NCBI GenBank assembly: GCA_000004985.1
Contig: GG738851.1
Origin: Naegleria gruberi
Lineage: Eukaryota
Reading direction: 5' to 3' (one strand)
DNA length: 64,000 bases
In this document: piece after piece, positions 50,998 through 62,100 of the stretch
Layout: every line of letters begins with the position of its first letter
How positions within the stretch are numbered: the first letter of the stretch is position 1
Notes under the pieces: generated by a model
Databases searched by the model: none
Told to the model about the DNA's origin: nothing
The model's input: only the letters and a program-made list of their open reading frames with translations
Translations under genes and position numbers: made by a program

Positions 50998-51795
50998 CTA
51001 ATGACAACTCTTTCCATGTTTTTTCAATTGATAATAATTGTAAGGGAGAGGAACCAAATAACCCATCGAAAGACTAGCAGCAAGTGAAACCCAAAATGCA
51101 GGTTCATTCACTTGAAGCATGGAAGTACATCCAGTGTCATTATCATTATTCAATAACCCCCAATAGGTCATCATTCCATAATCTGTTATATTTTCACTCA
51201 ATTCCATTGTTAACATGGAGAAGAAACTCATCTTGCAAGCCATTCTGAAAGCTTCTACAGTGGTATCGAATTTCTCTCTATATCTCAGGAGAGCAGTTTC
51301 CAATGCTAAACTTGTGGCTATACCAGAAGCCATACATATTGGCATAATCATGGCCATGCCTAGCTCTGGATATTGACTTGTCAGAAACCACATCATTGAA
51401 AAATCACCAATTGAGCATCCAATTAAACAGTTCAGTGTATTAAGAGAGGCTCTCTTCCATGAATGTTTACATTTCCAAAATTTCAAATCCCAAACTGATA
51501 ATTTACTCTTTTCCAAAGGTGCGTTATTTTTCATTGGCGGAGTATTAATATTTTGATTATGAGTCTCGCTTGATGATGTATTCATTGTATTGCAATGATC
51601 AGAATGATCACTTGTTGATTCCGATTTTAATTTGTGTTTTCCTCCGCAGCATGATGAAACCAATCGGACTTGTTGTTGATGATTTATCAATAATCCAAAA
51701 CCATTCAATGATGATACTACATGTTGTCTCCTTCCCAATAACACAGAACCAACAGTTGCTGCTGCTGAGCGGGTAGTACAGATTCTTTTAAGCAT
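50998..51795 (-). CDS. Mitochondrial-presequence membrane protein with a CxxGCxxGD motif (DUF4396-like)
   Basis: N-terminal MLKRICTTRSAAATVGSVLLGRRQ. Motif LNCLIGCSIGDFSMMWFL followed by hydrophobic helices. Confidence 0.45.
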   Translation of the reverse strand: MLKRICTTRSAAATVGSVLLGRRQHVVSSLNGFGLLINHQQQVRLVSSCCGGKHKLKSESTSDHSDHCNTMNTSSSETHNQNINTPPMKNNAPLEKSKLSVWDLKFWKCKHSWKRASLNTLNCLIGCSIGDFSMMWFLTSQYPELGMAMIMPICMASGIATSLALETALLRYREKFDTTVEAFRMACKMSFFSMLTMELSENITDYGMMTYWGLLNNDNDTGCTSMLQVNEPAFWVSLAASLSMGYLVPLPYNYYQLKKHGKSCH

Positions 51796-51912
51796 TTTTT
51801 TTCATTGTAAAATTCTTGAAGAATGGAGGCGAAATTATGGAGTCCATGGTTTGTGTTCATGTTTGATTGAGTGAAAACTGAATGGAAAATTGGTTGGTGG
51901 TTGGGGAGGTGA

Positions 51913-52923
51913 TTAGAAAACAACTAGGTTGTTGTGGATTTGATAGGTTTCAGCGAGAATGTATGTGAATTTGGAAGTATCGGTCAAGTTGACAGCATGA
52001 ACATACATTGTACATGTTCTGGTGTGTGTTGATACACATTGGTATTGGATGTATCGAATGACCTCTTCTTTAGTGTTTTGACCAGTGTATTCCTTGAAAT
52101 AATCACTAAATGGATGGTGTTCCAGTAATTGAGCCAGTTCATCAGTTTTTGTAAGGAAAATTACAAAGCTGGAAAATAGTTCAGACTTTTTTAGGTTTTC
52201 AAATGTATCAATGGCCAACTGGAGACAATTTGTATTGTGTACCGTATCATGTAACACATAATCAGCCAATGAAATGAAATAATAGACCACGTCCACATTT
52301 TCAAATTGAGTAATCCATTTTCTTGGCTCTCCTCTCATATCACTGGGGTCAATAAATCTGAAATTAAAACCTCCCTTGATATCAATCTCTTTGATGGATG
52401 AGGAGGTTCTTGGAATTTTCACTCGATACATGTCGTTTAATTCAAATTTCATCTGAGAATTATTTTCCAATTTTGCAATAAACTCCTCACTGAAGAAATA
52501 CTTAATATTATTCAAATATCTCATATGAAAAGATGCTTCCAATAAAAATTCATTCTCTCCTTCTCTGACATATCTTATAAATTTAATCAGATCATTAGAA
52601 ATTGTCCTCAATCGAATATCTTTTCGTATAGTTTCTTTCAGCTTTTCGAATTGATTTGGTAACCGATTCTTTAACAATTCATAACAAACCAAAATACATC
52701 TAAACACAAATTCCATCACCCACCTATCCAATTTCACTCCTATCGACAGCAACCATTCAATATCATTATTGACACGCAGAAAATTGCAAAAAGTTGATTT
52801 TCCAGAATTTGTTCCTCCAAGAATGAGAAATCTCTTGCTGATTTGATTTTTGGAAAATTCATCGTGTATGATTAGCTGTTCCGAGATTTGTTTATCTTTT
52901 TGTCTTTCTTTTCGTCTGGCCAT
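51913..52923 (-). CDS. Divergent heterotrimeric G-protein alpha-subunit-like protein lacking the switch-II catalytic Gly-Gln
   Basis: 336 aa. P-loop LILGGTNSGKST. Switch-I Arg retained (YRVKIPRTSS). The G3 motif DVGGQ is replaced by DPSDM in FRFIDPSDMRGEPRKW. G4 is TKTD (canonical NKxD). G5 is HAVNLTDTS (canonical TCATDT). Confidence 0.65.
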   Translation of the reverse strand: MARRKERQKDKQISEQLIIHDEFSKNQISKRFLILGGTNSGKSTFCNFLRVNNDIEWLLSIGVKLDRWVMEFVFRCILVCYELLKNRLPNQFEKLKETIRKDIRLRTISNDLIKFIRYVREGENEFLLEASFHMRYLNNIKYFFSEEFIAKLENNSQMKFELNDMYRVKIPRTSSSIKEIDIKGGFNFRFIDPSDMRGEPRKWITQFENVDVVYYFISLADYVLHDTVHNTNCLQLAIDTFENLKKSELFSSFVIFLTKTDELAQLLEHHPFSDYFKEYTGQNTKEEVIRYIQYQCVSTHTRTCTMYVHAVNLTDTSKFTYILAETYQIHNNLVVF

Positions 52924-53036
52924 TTTTTAGTTGTGAACTTTCGAATTTATTAAATCAAAATGTATTTATTTTACAAAAACATTTTCATAATTTAGTTATC
53001 CATATTATTATTGTACACAGGTTGGGAAATGATTAT

Positions 53037-56000
53037 TTACTCCATTTTAATTTCACAAACTACAATATCTTGTTTATGTGAAGATAATCTGATGGTAGAC
53101 ATTTGACGTTGCTCATTTGGTCTCATGTAGTTCAAGAAAAAGGTACACAGTACACTAGTGCCACCTGTCAAGTTTTGAGAATGATTTGAAAAGTAGTTTG
53201 TGGTTGCCTTGTAAATTCCTGCTGGTGCAACCTTAATCATGTATTCCTCAGGTCCGTAACCATTTCTGAAATCTCTACTGACTGTAATTGATTATTAGTA
53301 CAATGAATATTATAATACTTACCATAACCTCCGATAGCTGTTCTATTGTGGGCATAATATGCGTGCTCTCCTCCTTTATCAGCAGGTTCTTGAACATGCA
53401 AGTCCTTAATGATGTTTAAATTAATAAATTTTAGTATTGACCAATGCCAGTAAAAAAATACTTACAATATCTACTTGGTCAGTGTCCCATGCCATGCTTA
53501 TTCTAATATCTAAATCAAAGTGATGAATGAAACGTGGGTCAATAATTGGTAAATCAGGTTGTTTGAGTAAGAGATGGTTCATCTCAGTGGCAGCTGTCAT
53601 TTCAATTTCATCAAAACGCATGTCCCATTTTCCAGTAATGACCTTATTGAATAATTGCATAGACTCTTCATATTTTCCTAATCTTTCCTTCACCAGAGCC
53701 AAATCTCTATAAGATTGAGGTTCGTGAGGTGCAATCTTTTTCACTTTTTCGAATAGCCACTCAGATAATTCTAATGCATCGGCTTGATCCAATCTGTAGG
53801 CAACAATACGATACAATTGAATATTTTCCAATTCCAATTCACAAATATTTGATAGAATTCTCACACCCAATTTGAAATCCTTGACACTTGAAAGGAAATA
53901 ATCAGCAACATCGAGATAGAAAGCTGGGGAGTCTTTGTAACTCTTTCTTTGTTTCAAATATTCCTTATATGGGTTGGAGGATTTGGCAATTTCTTTACAA
54001 TAGCTGGCGTCAGGACTCCATGCCTTGATTGAGATTGATCCAGAGGCACTTTCAGATGTGCTCTTAGCCTCTGACTTCTTTTCCTTCTTGTCCTTCTTTC
54101 TGTCTTCTCCACCACCTCCACTTGAACTCTCAGATCTTCGCTTGCTGAGGCTGAGTCCTAATGAAATACCACCCTTCTTTTTGGATTTCTTACCACATGA
54201 TCGAAACTCAGCAGCTTCTTCTCTGAGACACAAGTCATCGGATTCTAAGCGTTCAAATTGAGGAGCACTACCAGCAAACTCTTCCTCACATTCATCTTTA
54301 CACAAGTCCTGTTTTTGTGATGCATTTCTTGGAGTAAAATCACGATTGTGCCAATTAACTCTTTCTTTCCACATGGAAAGAATTCTTTCAATTTTATCCT
54401 TTTCTCTTTTTTCCTCAGACTCTTTTTCATTCTTCTTCATTTCAGAATATTGCTTGTAAACATTTGCAAGAGTTTGCGGAGGTACAATGTCATGTTTCAA
54501 GTATTGATCCAAAGTTTCCAAAACGAGTAAGGTAGAATCTTCAGTGACAATTCTAAAATCTTGTCCAATCTTTTTAATTTCATCCTTGAAAAGATGAGGG
54601 AAAGCTGAGAGAGAATCAATCTTTTGTTGAGCCCATAGTAATGGCAAAACAGCAGCTTCACATTGTTCCAAATTGACTGGCAATTCCAATTCTTGAACGT
54701 GATAAATAGAGGAACCGAATCTGAAAGAAACTGCTATCTTTACACTTTCCTTTCCACTATTCTTGAATTTACCAAACAGTTTGAAAACTTCTCCTTCTTT
54801 GAGACTAACTGGTTCATTTGGATACACCTCTTCCAGATCAGAATCTTCAAAATCAGCAACAGCAAATGAGAGAACTGGTTTTCCAATTGACTTGACTAAG
54901 TCAACCTCAGTTAATTCATTGGAATTCAAATAAACACCTCCGCTCTTTGTAGCAATATGTTTAAGAAGAGGTGAATTGACAATATTTCCGCAAGTGACAA
55001 AATAAATTGGTTTCTCAAAGTTTGCCAATGGACTAATCTCATGTCCAAATGTATGAACACCATCAGTAAAGGCAATACAATAATCAACTGACTTGTTAAG
55101 CAAATCCTTATCAAATAGTAACATGTTGGAACCACCATCATAATATAGTTCATCTTTGACAAATTTCAAAACTTCTGCAACAGATGTAAAATCCACAGAT
55201 TGAATAACATCAGCACTGAAAGCAGATAATGAAATTGAAGTTGGAGCAATACCTTCAAGGATCACCTTCAAGGTCTTCAAGTTCTTTTCATGTAGTGACT
55301 GGTTACTATTGGAACAATCCCAAACAATTTGAATTTTGCTTCCAATTCTACTCATTTCTCTCAATTCTGTAGATAATTGAGGAACTGGAATAGATGTCAT
55401 GAAATAGCCATTTTCAGAAGCTAATAAAATATCCCTAACATCTTCTGATTGTTTTGTAACAGCCAATTTAAATCCGGTCATATTTTCATTGAGTTCTGAC
55501 TTTTTCAATTCGAAATATCCTGTTCTTGAGCTGGCATTCTTACTTGTCCACAACAGTTTATCTTCAACTGATTGGGTTTCAGCATTGGCAACACCCATCA
55601 ACACTTCAGTTTCAAATCCTTGTAATGAAGTTTGATTGAGTGTAAATTCAATCTTGGTATCATCTCTCAATGCACCAAAATTCAAGTATGACATTGGAAC
55701 CCAAGCACTTCCTCTAATCTTTCCCTTTTGTGAATCATTACTCTTTTCAATAATTTCATTCAACATCATTTGATATTTGACTTGAATAGTCTTATCCTTA
55801 TTATAAGGCAATGGATAAACACGAGTTTTGAATGAATTGGATTGAGAAACCTTCTCAACCATTGACACCTTATTTCCAGCTCTAACTTCAGCTTCAAAAA
55901 CTTCCTTTGCCTTTTCTTTTGGAACTGGGACAGCATCAATCAATTGACCATCAACTTCCATTGCATAACCTATCAAAGTAGCACCATCAGGCATTGGTAA

Positions 56001-56333
56001 CAACAATTCTCCTTCAATAGTTTTCTGATTTTGATTACAAAATGTCATGGTAGAAACCACCTGAACAATCGGATAGGTCACATGACATTGCACCCGATGT
56101 GAAACTAATGGCAATAACGTTGATGCTTTATCAGAATATTCTCCTGTTGCCAATTTCACGCTGGTAAATTGATCAAGATCCAGAAAGTGCAAACTCTTTG
56201 GAATGCTTCCAATCAGAGAGGCAGAATTTTTCGGATCCACGACAACTTTTTTATCATTGCTTGGAGTTGATTCGAGTTGTGAAAGTTCATCATCAACGGC
56301 TTTATTCTTGCTTCCGAAAAATTTGCCAAACAT
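53037..56333 (-). CDS. VIT + von Willebrand A domain protein with a TPR-like region, three exons
   Basis: Exon 1 is 53466..56333. It has a VIT-like N-terminus (...RVYPLPYNKDKTIQVKYQMM) and a vWA domain (IQIVWDCSNSNQS ... AFTDGVHTFG). Intron 53405..53465 (GTAAGT..TTAAG, 61 nt, phase 0). Exon 2 is 53323..53404. Intron 53282..53322 (GTAAGT..TACAG, 41 nt, phase 1). Exon 3 is 53037..53281. Splicing joins the main ORF to track ORF 53037..53240 (...DLHVQEPADKGGEHAYYAHNRTAIGGYG|VSRDFRNGYGPEEYMIKVAPAGIYK...). Confidence 0.6.
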
Positions 56334-56645
56334 TTGTGTTGTTGAAATCTGTTACGGATATTTTTTTTAGGTTGTTTTATTGTGTTGATTGGCGACATAT
56401 TTGGACATGTTGCTATGGCCAATTACAATAGCTCAATCAAGGTTCATGCAAACTTGTGATTTGTTTTGCATCTTTTTAGATTTGGTTTGAGTTGTAAAGT
56501 TGTAATTTCAATTATGAACTTGAAAGTTGACTATTTTTACGTCTTGAAATTGAAATTCTATTTTCAACATAAAGTAAACATTGGAACAATGAATTTTCTA
56601 ATTTGAAATTGAAAAAAACAAAAAACGAAAAATAACGAAAGAAAA

Positions 56646-57947
56646 ATGTCTCGCATGATTGAAGGATTAACTGGATTCAAGAATTTCATGGCTCCACAAT
56701 CGAATACTTGGATGGAGAATGCAGACGAAACTGACGAAGAAGAATTGAAAGAGTTTTGTGAATTTATGGAGGAGGAATGTAATGCAGAGTTTATTGAAGA
56801 GATTAATCAGGAATCGATCAATACAATGATCGATTATTCAGCATTTCCTTCAGTTTCGAATAGTGTCAGTAAAGGAAGTGCAACCTTATTGTCTTCATTT
56901 GAAAAACGAAAGGTCAAGAAGAAACGAAAGCAAAAAATTACTCCTTTGAAGAATTTGAAAAGTATTATTGTAGAGAATCCAAGATTGGTTTCTCCAACAA
57001 AGAGTACTCCTCCATCAAGTCCATTTCATCCTCAATCTTGTACTTTCGAATACATTCCACACGATGTCGTTGGAGAATACGAATCTATCTATATCACTCC
57101 AAGTAATTATCCATCCAATCTAACACATGTATCAAGCTGCCAGATTAAGCAAACAAGCAGATTTTTCCTATTTGGATCTTCTGTAACTAATCGAAACGTT
57201 TCTACTCATTTAATTTCATTTACTGTAGAGCCATCTTGTCATCCTAACACAAATTTGAAAAAGCAACACTTGGAAAAGTTTCCAAAGGATGTCCTTCCAT
57301 CATTTGGATCTGATTCTAGAATCATGATGGTTGTTAACACCTACTTGGAAAGTTATTACTTATTTATTTATTCGAAAGATACATTCTATAACGCACAAGT
57401 TGACTCGAATGGAAACTTGTTATCACCATTCAGAAAGTGTGAATTTACCAAGACTAATGAAGCTACTGAGTTCTTTACAATGATCTCCAAATATAAAGAT
57501 TCAGAAATTTGGAGATTCGGTGGAAGAAATAAGAAAACAAACGAATTGACTAATGAATTGGAAGTTTTTTCAACTATTGACAAGAAACACATCAAGATTG
57601 AAAAGATTATTCCAAAATCCTCCAAGATTCCAGCTCCAAGACAAGATCACTGCATGTACTATGATTCCAAAAAGGAAAGAATTTTCATTTTTGGTGGAGT
57701 TGACAAGAATGGCAACCTTTTAAATGATTTACAATGTTTCGATATGGAAAACAAGACATGGCGAGAGATTAAGACAAATTTCAAACTTCCTCCTCTCAAA
57801 AATTGCAAATTAACAATGAATGGATACAAACTTGATCGCATACTTCAACTAATTGGTGGAAATTTCAGTGATGGCTCTGTAAATTCTTTGATTATTTCAA
57901 TTTATCCTGAAACTGGTGATGTGAAAGTTCACAGTGCATTGGAATGA
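56646..57947 (+). CDS. Kelch-repeat (galactose-oxidase-like beta-propeller) protein with an acidic N-terminus
   Basis: 433 aa. Kelch-like blades EIWRFGGRNKKTNELTNELEVFS, HCMYYDSKKERIFIFGGVDKNGNLLNDLQCFDMENKTW and LQLIGGNFSDGS. Confidence 0.5.
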   Translation: MSRMIEGLTGFKNFMAPQSNTWMENADETDEEELKEFCEFMEEECNAEFIEEINQESINTMIDYSAFPSVSNSVSKGSATLLSSFEKRKVKKKRKQKITPLKNLKSIIVENPRLVSPTKSTPPSSPFHPQSCTFEYIPHDVVGEYESIYITPSNYPSNLTHVSSCQIKQTSRFFLFGSSVTNRNVSTHLISFTVEPSCHPNTNLKKQHLEKFPKDVLPSFGSDSRIMMVVNTYLESYYLFIYSKDTFYNAQVDSNGNLLSPFRKCEFTKTNEATEFFTMISKYKDSEIWRFGGRNKKTNELTNELEVFSTIDKKHIKIEKIIPKSSKIPAPRQDHCMYYDSKKERIFIFGGVDKNGNLLNDLQCFDMENKTWREIKTNFKLPPLKNCKLTMNGYKLDRILQLIGGNFSDGSVNSLIISIYPETGDVKVHSALE

Positions 57948-57989
57948 TTACCTTATACTCTCGATGTTTCAGTTTCTAATACATCAGAT

Positions 57990-59006
57990 ATGATTTCATT
58001 TGGAAATGATTCGGTTGTCAAGATTTTGGGAGAAGGAAAGAAAACGGAAGTTGACAGCTGGATCAGTCAAATCATGACAGAAAAATCTGGACATGATGTT
58101 ACTTTCCAGTTGAAATCAGGAAACCAAATTACAGCTCACAGATCGTTCCTTGCTTCAAGGTCAAAGTTTTTTGAGAAATTATTCGAAACTCATCAAAATA
58201 CTTATCCTTTAGAGGGATTACAAGATGACACGCTTCAATTCTATATTAATTTCCTTTACACTGGTTATCCACAGATTTCAATCTTACCAAAGCCAATAGA
58301 TTCCAAATTAATTCAAATTTTACAAGTTGACCAAAATAACTCATTAAGAAACTACATTACAGGAGAAGCTGTTTACATTACAGATATTTATCTCATAACA
58401 AGATCCATTGATGATGACATTCGAAAGCTCTATAACTTGGCAATTCAATCCAAGAATCAATCCAAGAAGGCAATCAATAATTCCTCCCTGATTTGCATTC
58501 AATTAATGGAAGAAAACACCAAAACAGATTGCTTCTTTGTAGATAAGACATTCATGAGAAGAATTGATTTCTTTAGAAACATTCTCGATTCAGGAATGAG
58601 TGAAGCCGAAACTGGAGTCATCACTCTTGAAATTTCATCAGAATGTTGTGAGAAACTAATCGAATTCATGTATATTGGTCAAATCAGTAACATTTCCGAC
58701 AGTGCCCTATTGGAATTGTTCATTATTTCCAAACAATATTTACATTGCCAAGAACTAGTTCACTATTGCGAAAATAATCTCAGTAGAATCATTCAAAATT
58801 TGACTCCACAAGTAGCAGTTCACATTATTGATTACTTTAGGGACACCTGTCATGCAGTAGATGACTTGATTTCAAGATGTAGATATTACATTTGCACTAA
58901 CTTTGACAATTCAAGAGAAGATATCTTAAATTTGGACTCCGATTCAAGATATGAATTGAGTAGGCTATATTTTGATTATCTCAAGAGAAAATTCAAAAGA
59001 AAATGA
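57990..59006 (+). CDS. Protein with two BTB/POZ domains
   Basis: 338 aa. BTB-1 is DVTFQLKSGNQITAHRSFLASRSKFFEKLF ... TLQFYINFLYTG. BTB-2 is DCFFVDKTFMRRIDFFRNILDSGMSEAETGVITLEISSECCEKLIEFMYIG. Confidence 0.6.
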   Translation: MISFGNDSVVKILGEGKKTEVDSWISQIMTEKSGHDVTFQLKSGNQITAHRSFLASRSKFFEKLFETHQNTYPLEGLQDDTLQFYINFLYTGYPQISILPKPIDSKLIQILQVDQNNSLRNYITGEAVYITDIYLITRSIDDDIRKLYNLAIQSKNQSKKAINNSSLICIQLMEENTKTDCFFVDKTFMRRIDFFRNILDSGMSEAETGVITLEISSECCEKLIEFMYIGQISNISDSALLELFIISKQYLHCQELVHYCENNLSRIIQNLTPQVAVHIIDYFRDTCHAVDDLISRCRYYICTNFDNSREDILNLDSDSRYELSRLYFDYLKRKFKRK

Positions 59007-59165
59007 ATGAAACTCTCCACCTTCCATAACAAGGAAGAGACCTCACTCAATTTTCATTGATTCAATACTCTTCCAATAAATAGGACTTGTTATTAGTGGC
59101 AGTATATATATAGGAATTATTAATATCATATTAGCATATCCAATATTGATTTAGAAAAGACTTTA

Positions 59166-62100
59166 TTACATCACAATGAAGGCACTCAAGAACACAACAA
59201 GCATCAATAATAGTTGTGATGAATGACTTTTCATACCAGTTGTGACATTCAATCTGACTGAACGAGCGGCTACTCCACTAACATGTCCATTAATATTCTT
59301 TGATGTTGAAGGAGTTGTAACAAATTCACAATTTGATCCAAATGCATTCTTCAAAGTACATTGACAAGTTTCAGGAGCAATACATTGACCTCTTGATGAA
59401 CAAACACTTGCATCAGTACTCTTAACTCCCTTACAATTGAATGATTCACAATTTGATCCATAGTATCCATTCTTGCAAGTACAATTATTTGGTTTGGAAC
59501 ATGTACCATTTCCAGAACAAACTGAATTATCTGAATATAATTGACCAAAACAATTGAACAATTGACAATTGTTTCCATAATATCCATTGTCACAGGAACA
59601 ATTATTTGGTTTGGAACAAGTACCGTGGGATGAACATACTGAGGATTGGTCACTTCCAATACCGTTACAATCAAACTTGCCACATGAAGCTCCATAATAT
59701 CCATTATCACATGAGCAATTATTTGGTTTTGGACAGGAACCATGTGAAGAACAAACAGATGAATTGGCACTGTTCACACCAAAACAATCAAACTTATCAC
59801 ATGCAGCTCCATAATATCCTTCCTTGCAAGTACAATTATTGAAATCCAAACATTGACCATTTCCTGAGCAGACACTTTGTGAATTCTTCAAAGTTCCAAA
59901 ACAATCGAATTCTTCACAATTAGCTCCATAATAACCAAGAGAGCATGTACAGTTATTATATGAAGAACAGATGCCATGACCAGAACAAACATTGGCTTGA
60001 GATTTGAGAATTGAATTACAAGTGAAATCTTCACACTTGCTTCCATTATAACCAGCAAAACATGAACATTGATCCAGTCCTAGGCAATAACCATGACCAG
60101 AACATCCCTTAGTTTCATCAGCAATACCAAAACATTCATTCACACAATAACTCTTGAAACTATTCAGTTTGCCTTTAACGCAATAAGGTGTTAACTTGTT
60201 AACAAATTTGGGTGTTGTGTAGAAAAATTCTCCTTTTCTATTTCTCATGACATAGGAGTAGTATAAATCTGGTACTGAATCCAATTTCAATTCTTCTAAT
60301 TTTCCTGTATACTTGTTTAGTTTGAGCAATGCTGAAAGGCCATAAAGAGTGATAATAATTTCACCCTCTGGTGTTTGAAGAATAGTTTGAACATCACGAA
60401 CTGATGTTTCATTGGCTGGTAAATTATATTCAGGATAACCTCTTGTGTAATTACCAACAATATTCGTAATAATTCCATTGGAAATTTTGAAAATTCTATT
60501 GTTGCCAATATCAGGAACCAACAAGACATCTTCTGACACAACACTGAAAGATTGGGCAGTGAATAGTGCTTGATTTGCAGGAATACCGCTTTCAATTCTA
60601 TTTCCAAGACCTGCAATGGTTGTAACAATTCCAGTTGACTTGGTGATTTTTCTAATTCTTGAAGAACCTTCCAAAATATAGAGATTTCCCTTCTCATCTG
60701 TGTCCATATAAACCACTTCTCCAAAATAGGCATTTTCAGCCTTTAAGCCATCTCCAAATCCACCTATTAATGTTGAAATGGTTGCATTCTCTTGATCAAC
60801 TGAAACATATTTGATATTGTTAATATTGGTTGGATCATCCACATTGGAGAAATACAAGTTTCTTCCCTTCATTAACATCAAGGTTGGGAAAATAGCAGCA
60901 TCAACAGCTCTCATTCCATCTCCAAAGAAACCATTAGTTCCATTACCAGCAAATAACACATTTTGACCTTGTGGAGTAATCTTTCTAACTTGGTAATTCC
61001 CAGTGGAAACATAAAAATCTCCAGTCAATGTATCAAATTCCAATCCCCCTACGTTATCAGTTGCTGATCCAGGAACAGAAGAAACTGTATTATTGTAAAG
61101 CTTTCTAATTCTTTGATTGTAGGGATCAGCAAAATAAATGGCATCCAATGAATTTTCTGAACGTACAACAAGAGCCAATGGATTGATATTTGCTTCAAGG
61201 GCAGGTATTTCCATATCAATGTTTTGCTCATAAATTTGTCCAGTACCAGCAATAATAGAAACTTGATTAGTGAGCTTGTCAATCTTCTTGATCAAATTCC
61301 AATCGGTCACATAGATGGCATCTCCAGAAGGTGATTCTGTCAAGAATATAGGTGAAACAACATCAATATTAGGTGGAACCTCGGATGATGGAATCCCATT
61401 TCCTGAAACTGTGGTGATTGTGCCATTAATTCCAAAAACCTTTCTAACTCTATTATTACCTAAATCGGCAATCCAAAGATCACCATTTGAATCAACAATA
61501 GCATGTGAAGGATTGTTCAATGTTGCTTCAGTTGCTAAACCACCATCTCCTGTAAATCCAACAGTGCCATTTCCTGCAATAATTACAACCATATTACTAT
61601 CTTTAGAAATCTTTCTAATAGTGTGATGTTTGTAATCAGCAATGTAAATTTCATCTTGATAGACAGATAAACCAACATATCTACCACCAAATATTGGATT
61701 CAGAGTATTGTTCAATAATGTATTAGTGCTTGTACTAATTTTTGCGTTTAACTTGGAAATTTCATTAAACTTTGCAATGGAACTTCTTCTAAATTCAGTG
61801 GATCCCTCAATTCCACCATAAAACACATCATTGCTCAATGACTTGTCAATTGCAATAGTTTTAATACGTTCGATAGCTCCAGGTAAGAAAACACTCTTCT
61901 CTAGACTATTGATCTTGTACATAAAGTTGGCATCAAGACTTCCAAAGTACATTTCATCGCTCTTTGAAAGAGTTGCAACTGTATCAACGACACTCAATTG
62001 TTTAGGATCCAGACCATCAATTGGAATTGGTACATTTTTTCCACTTCCAGCAATGGTTTGAATTGTGTTAGTTTGTGGACTGATTTTCTTAATGGAGTAA

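Noticed and set aside
56646-59006. Kelch gene and downstream BTB gene as one BTB-Kelch-type gene.
   Set aside because: Order is Kelch then BTB, the reverse of the canonical BTB-Kelch order. An in-frame stop at 57945-57947. No GT..AG pair in the 42-nt spacer that joins frames. Kept as two genes.
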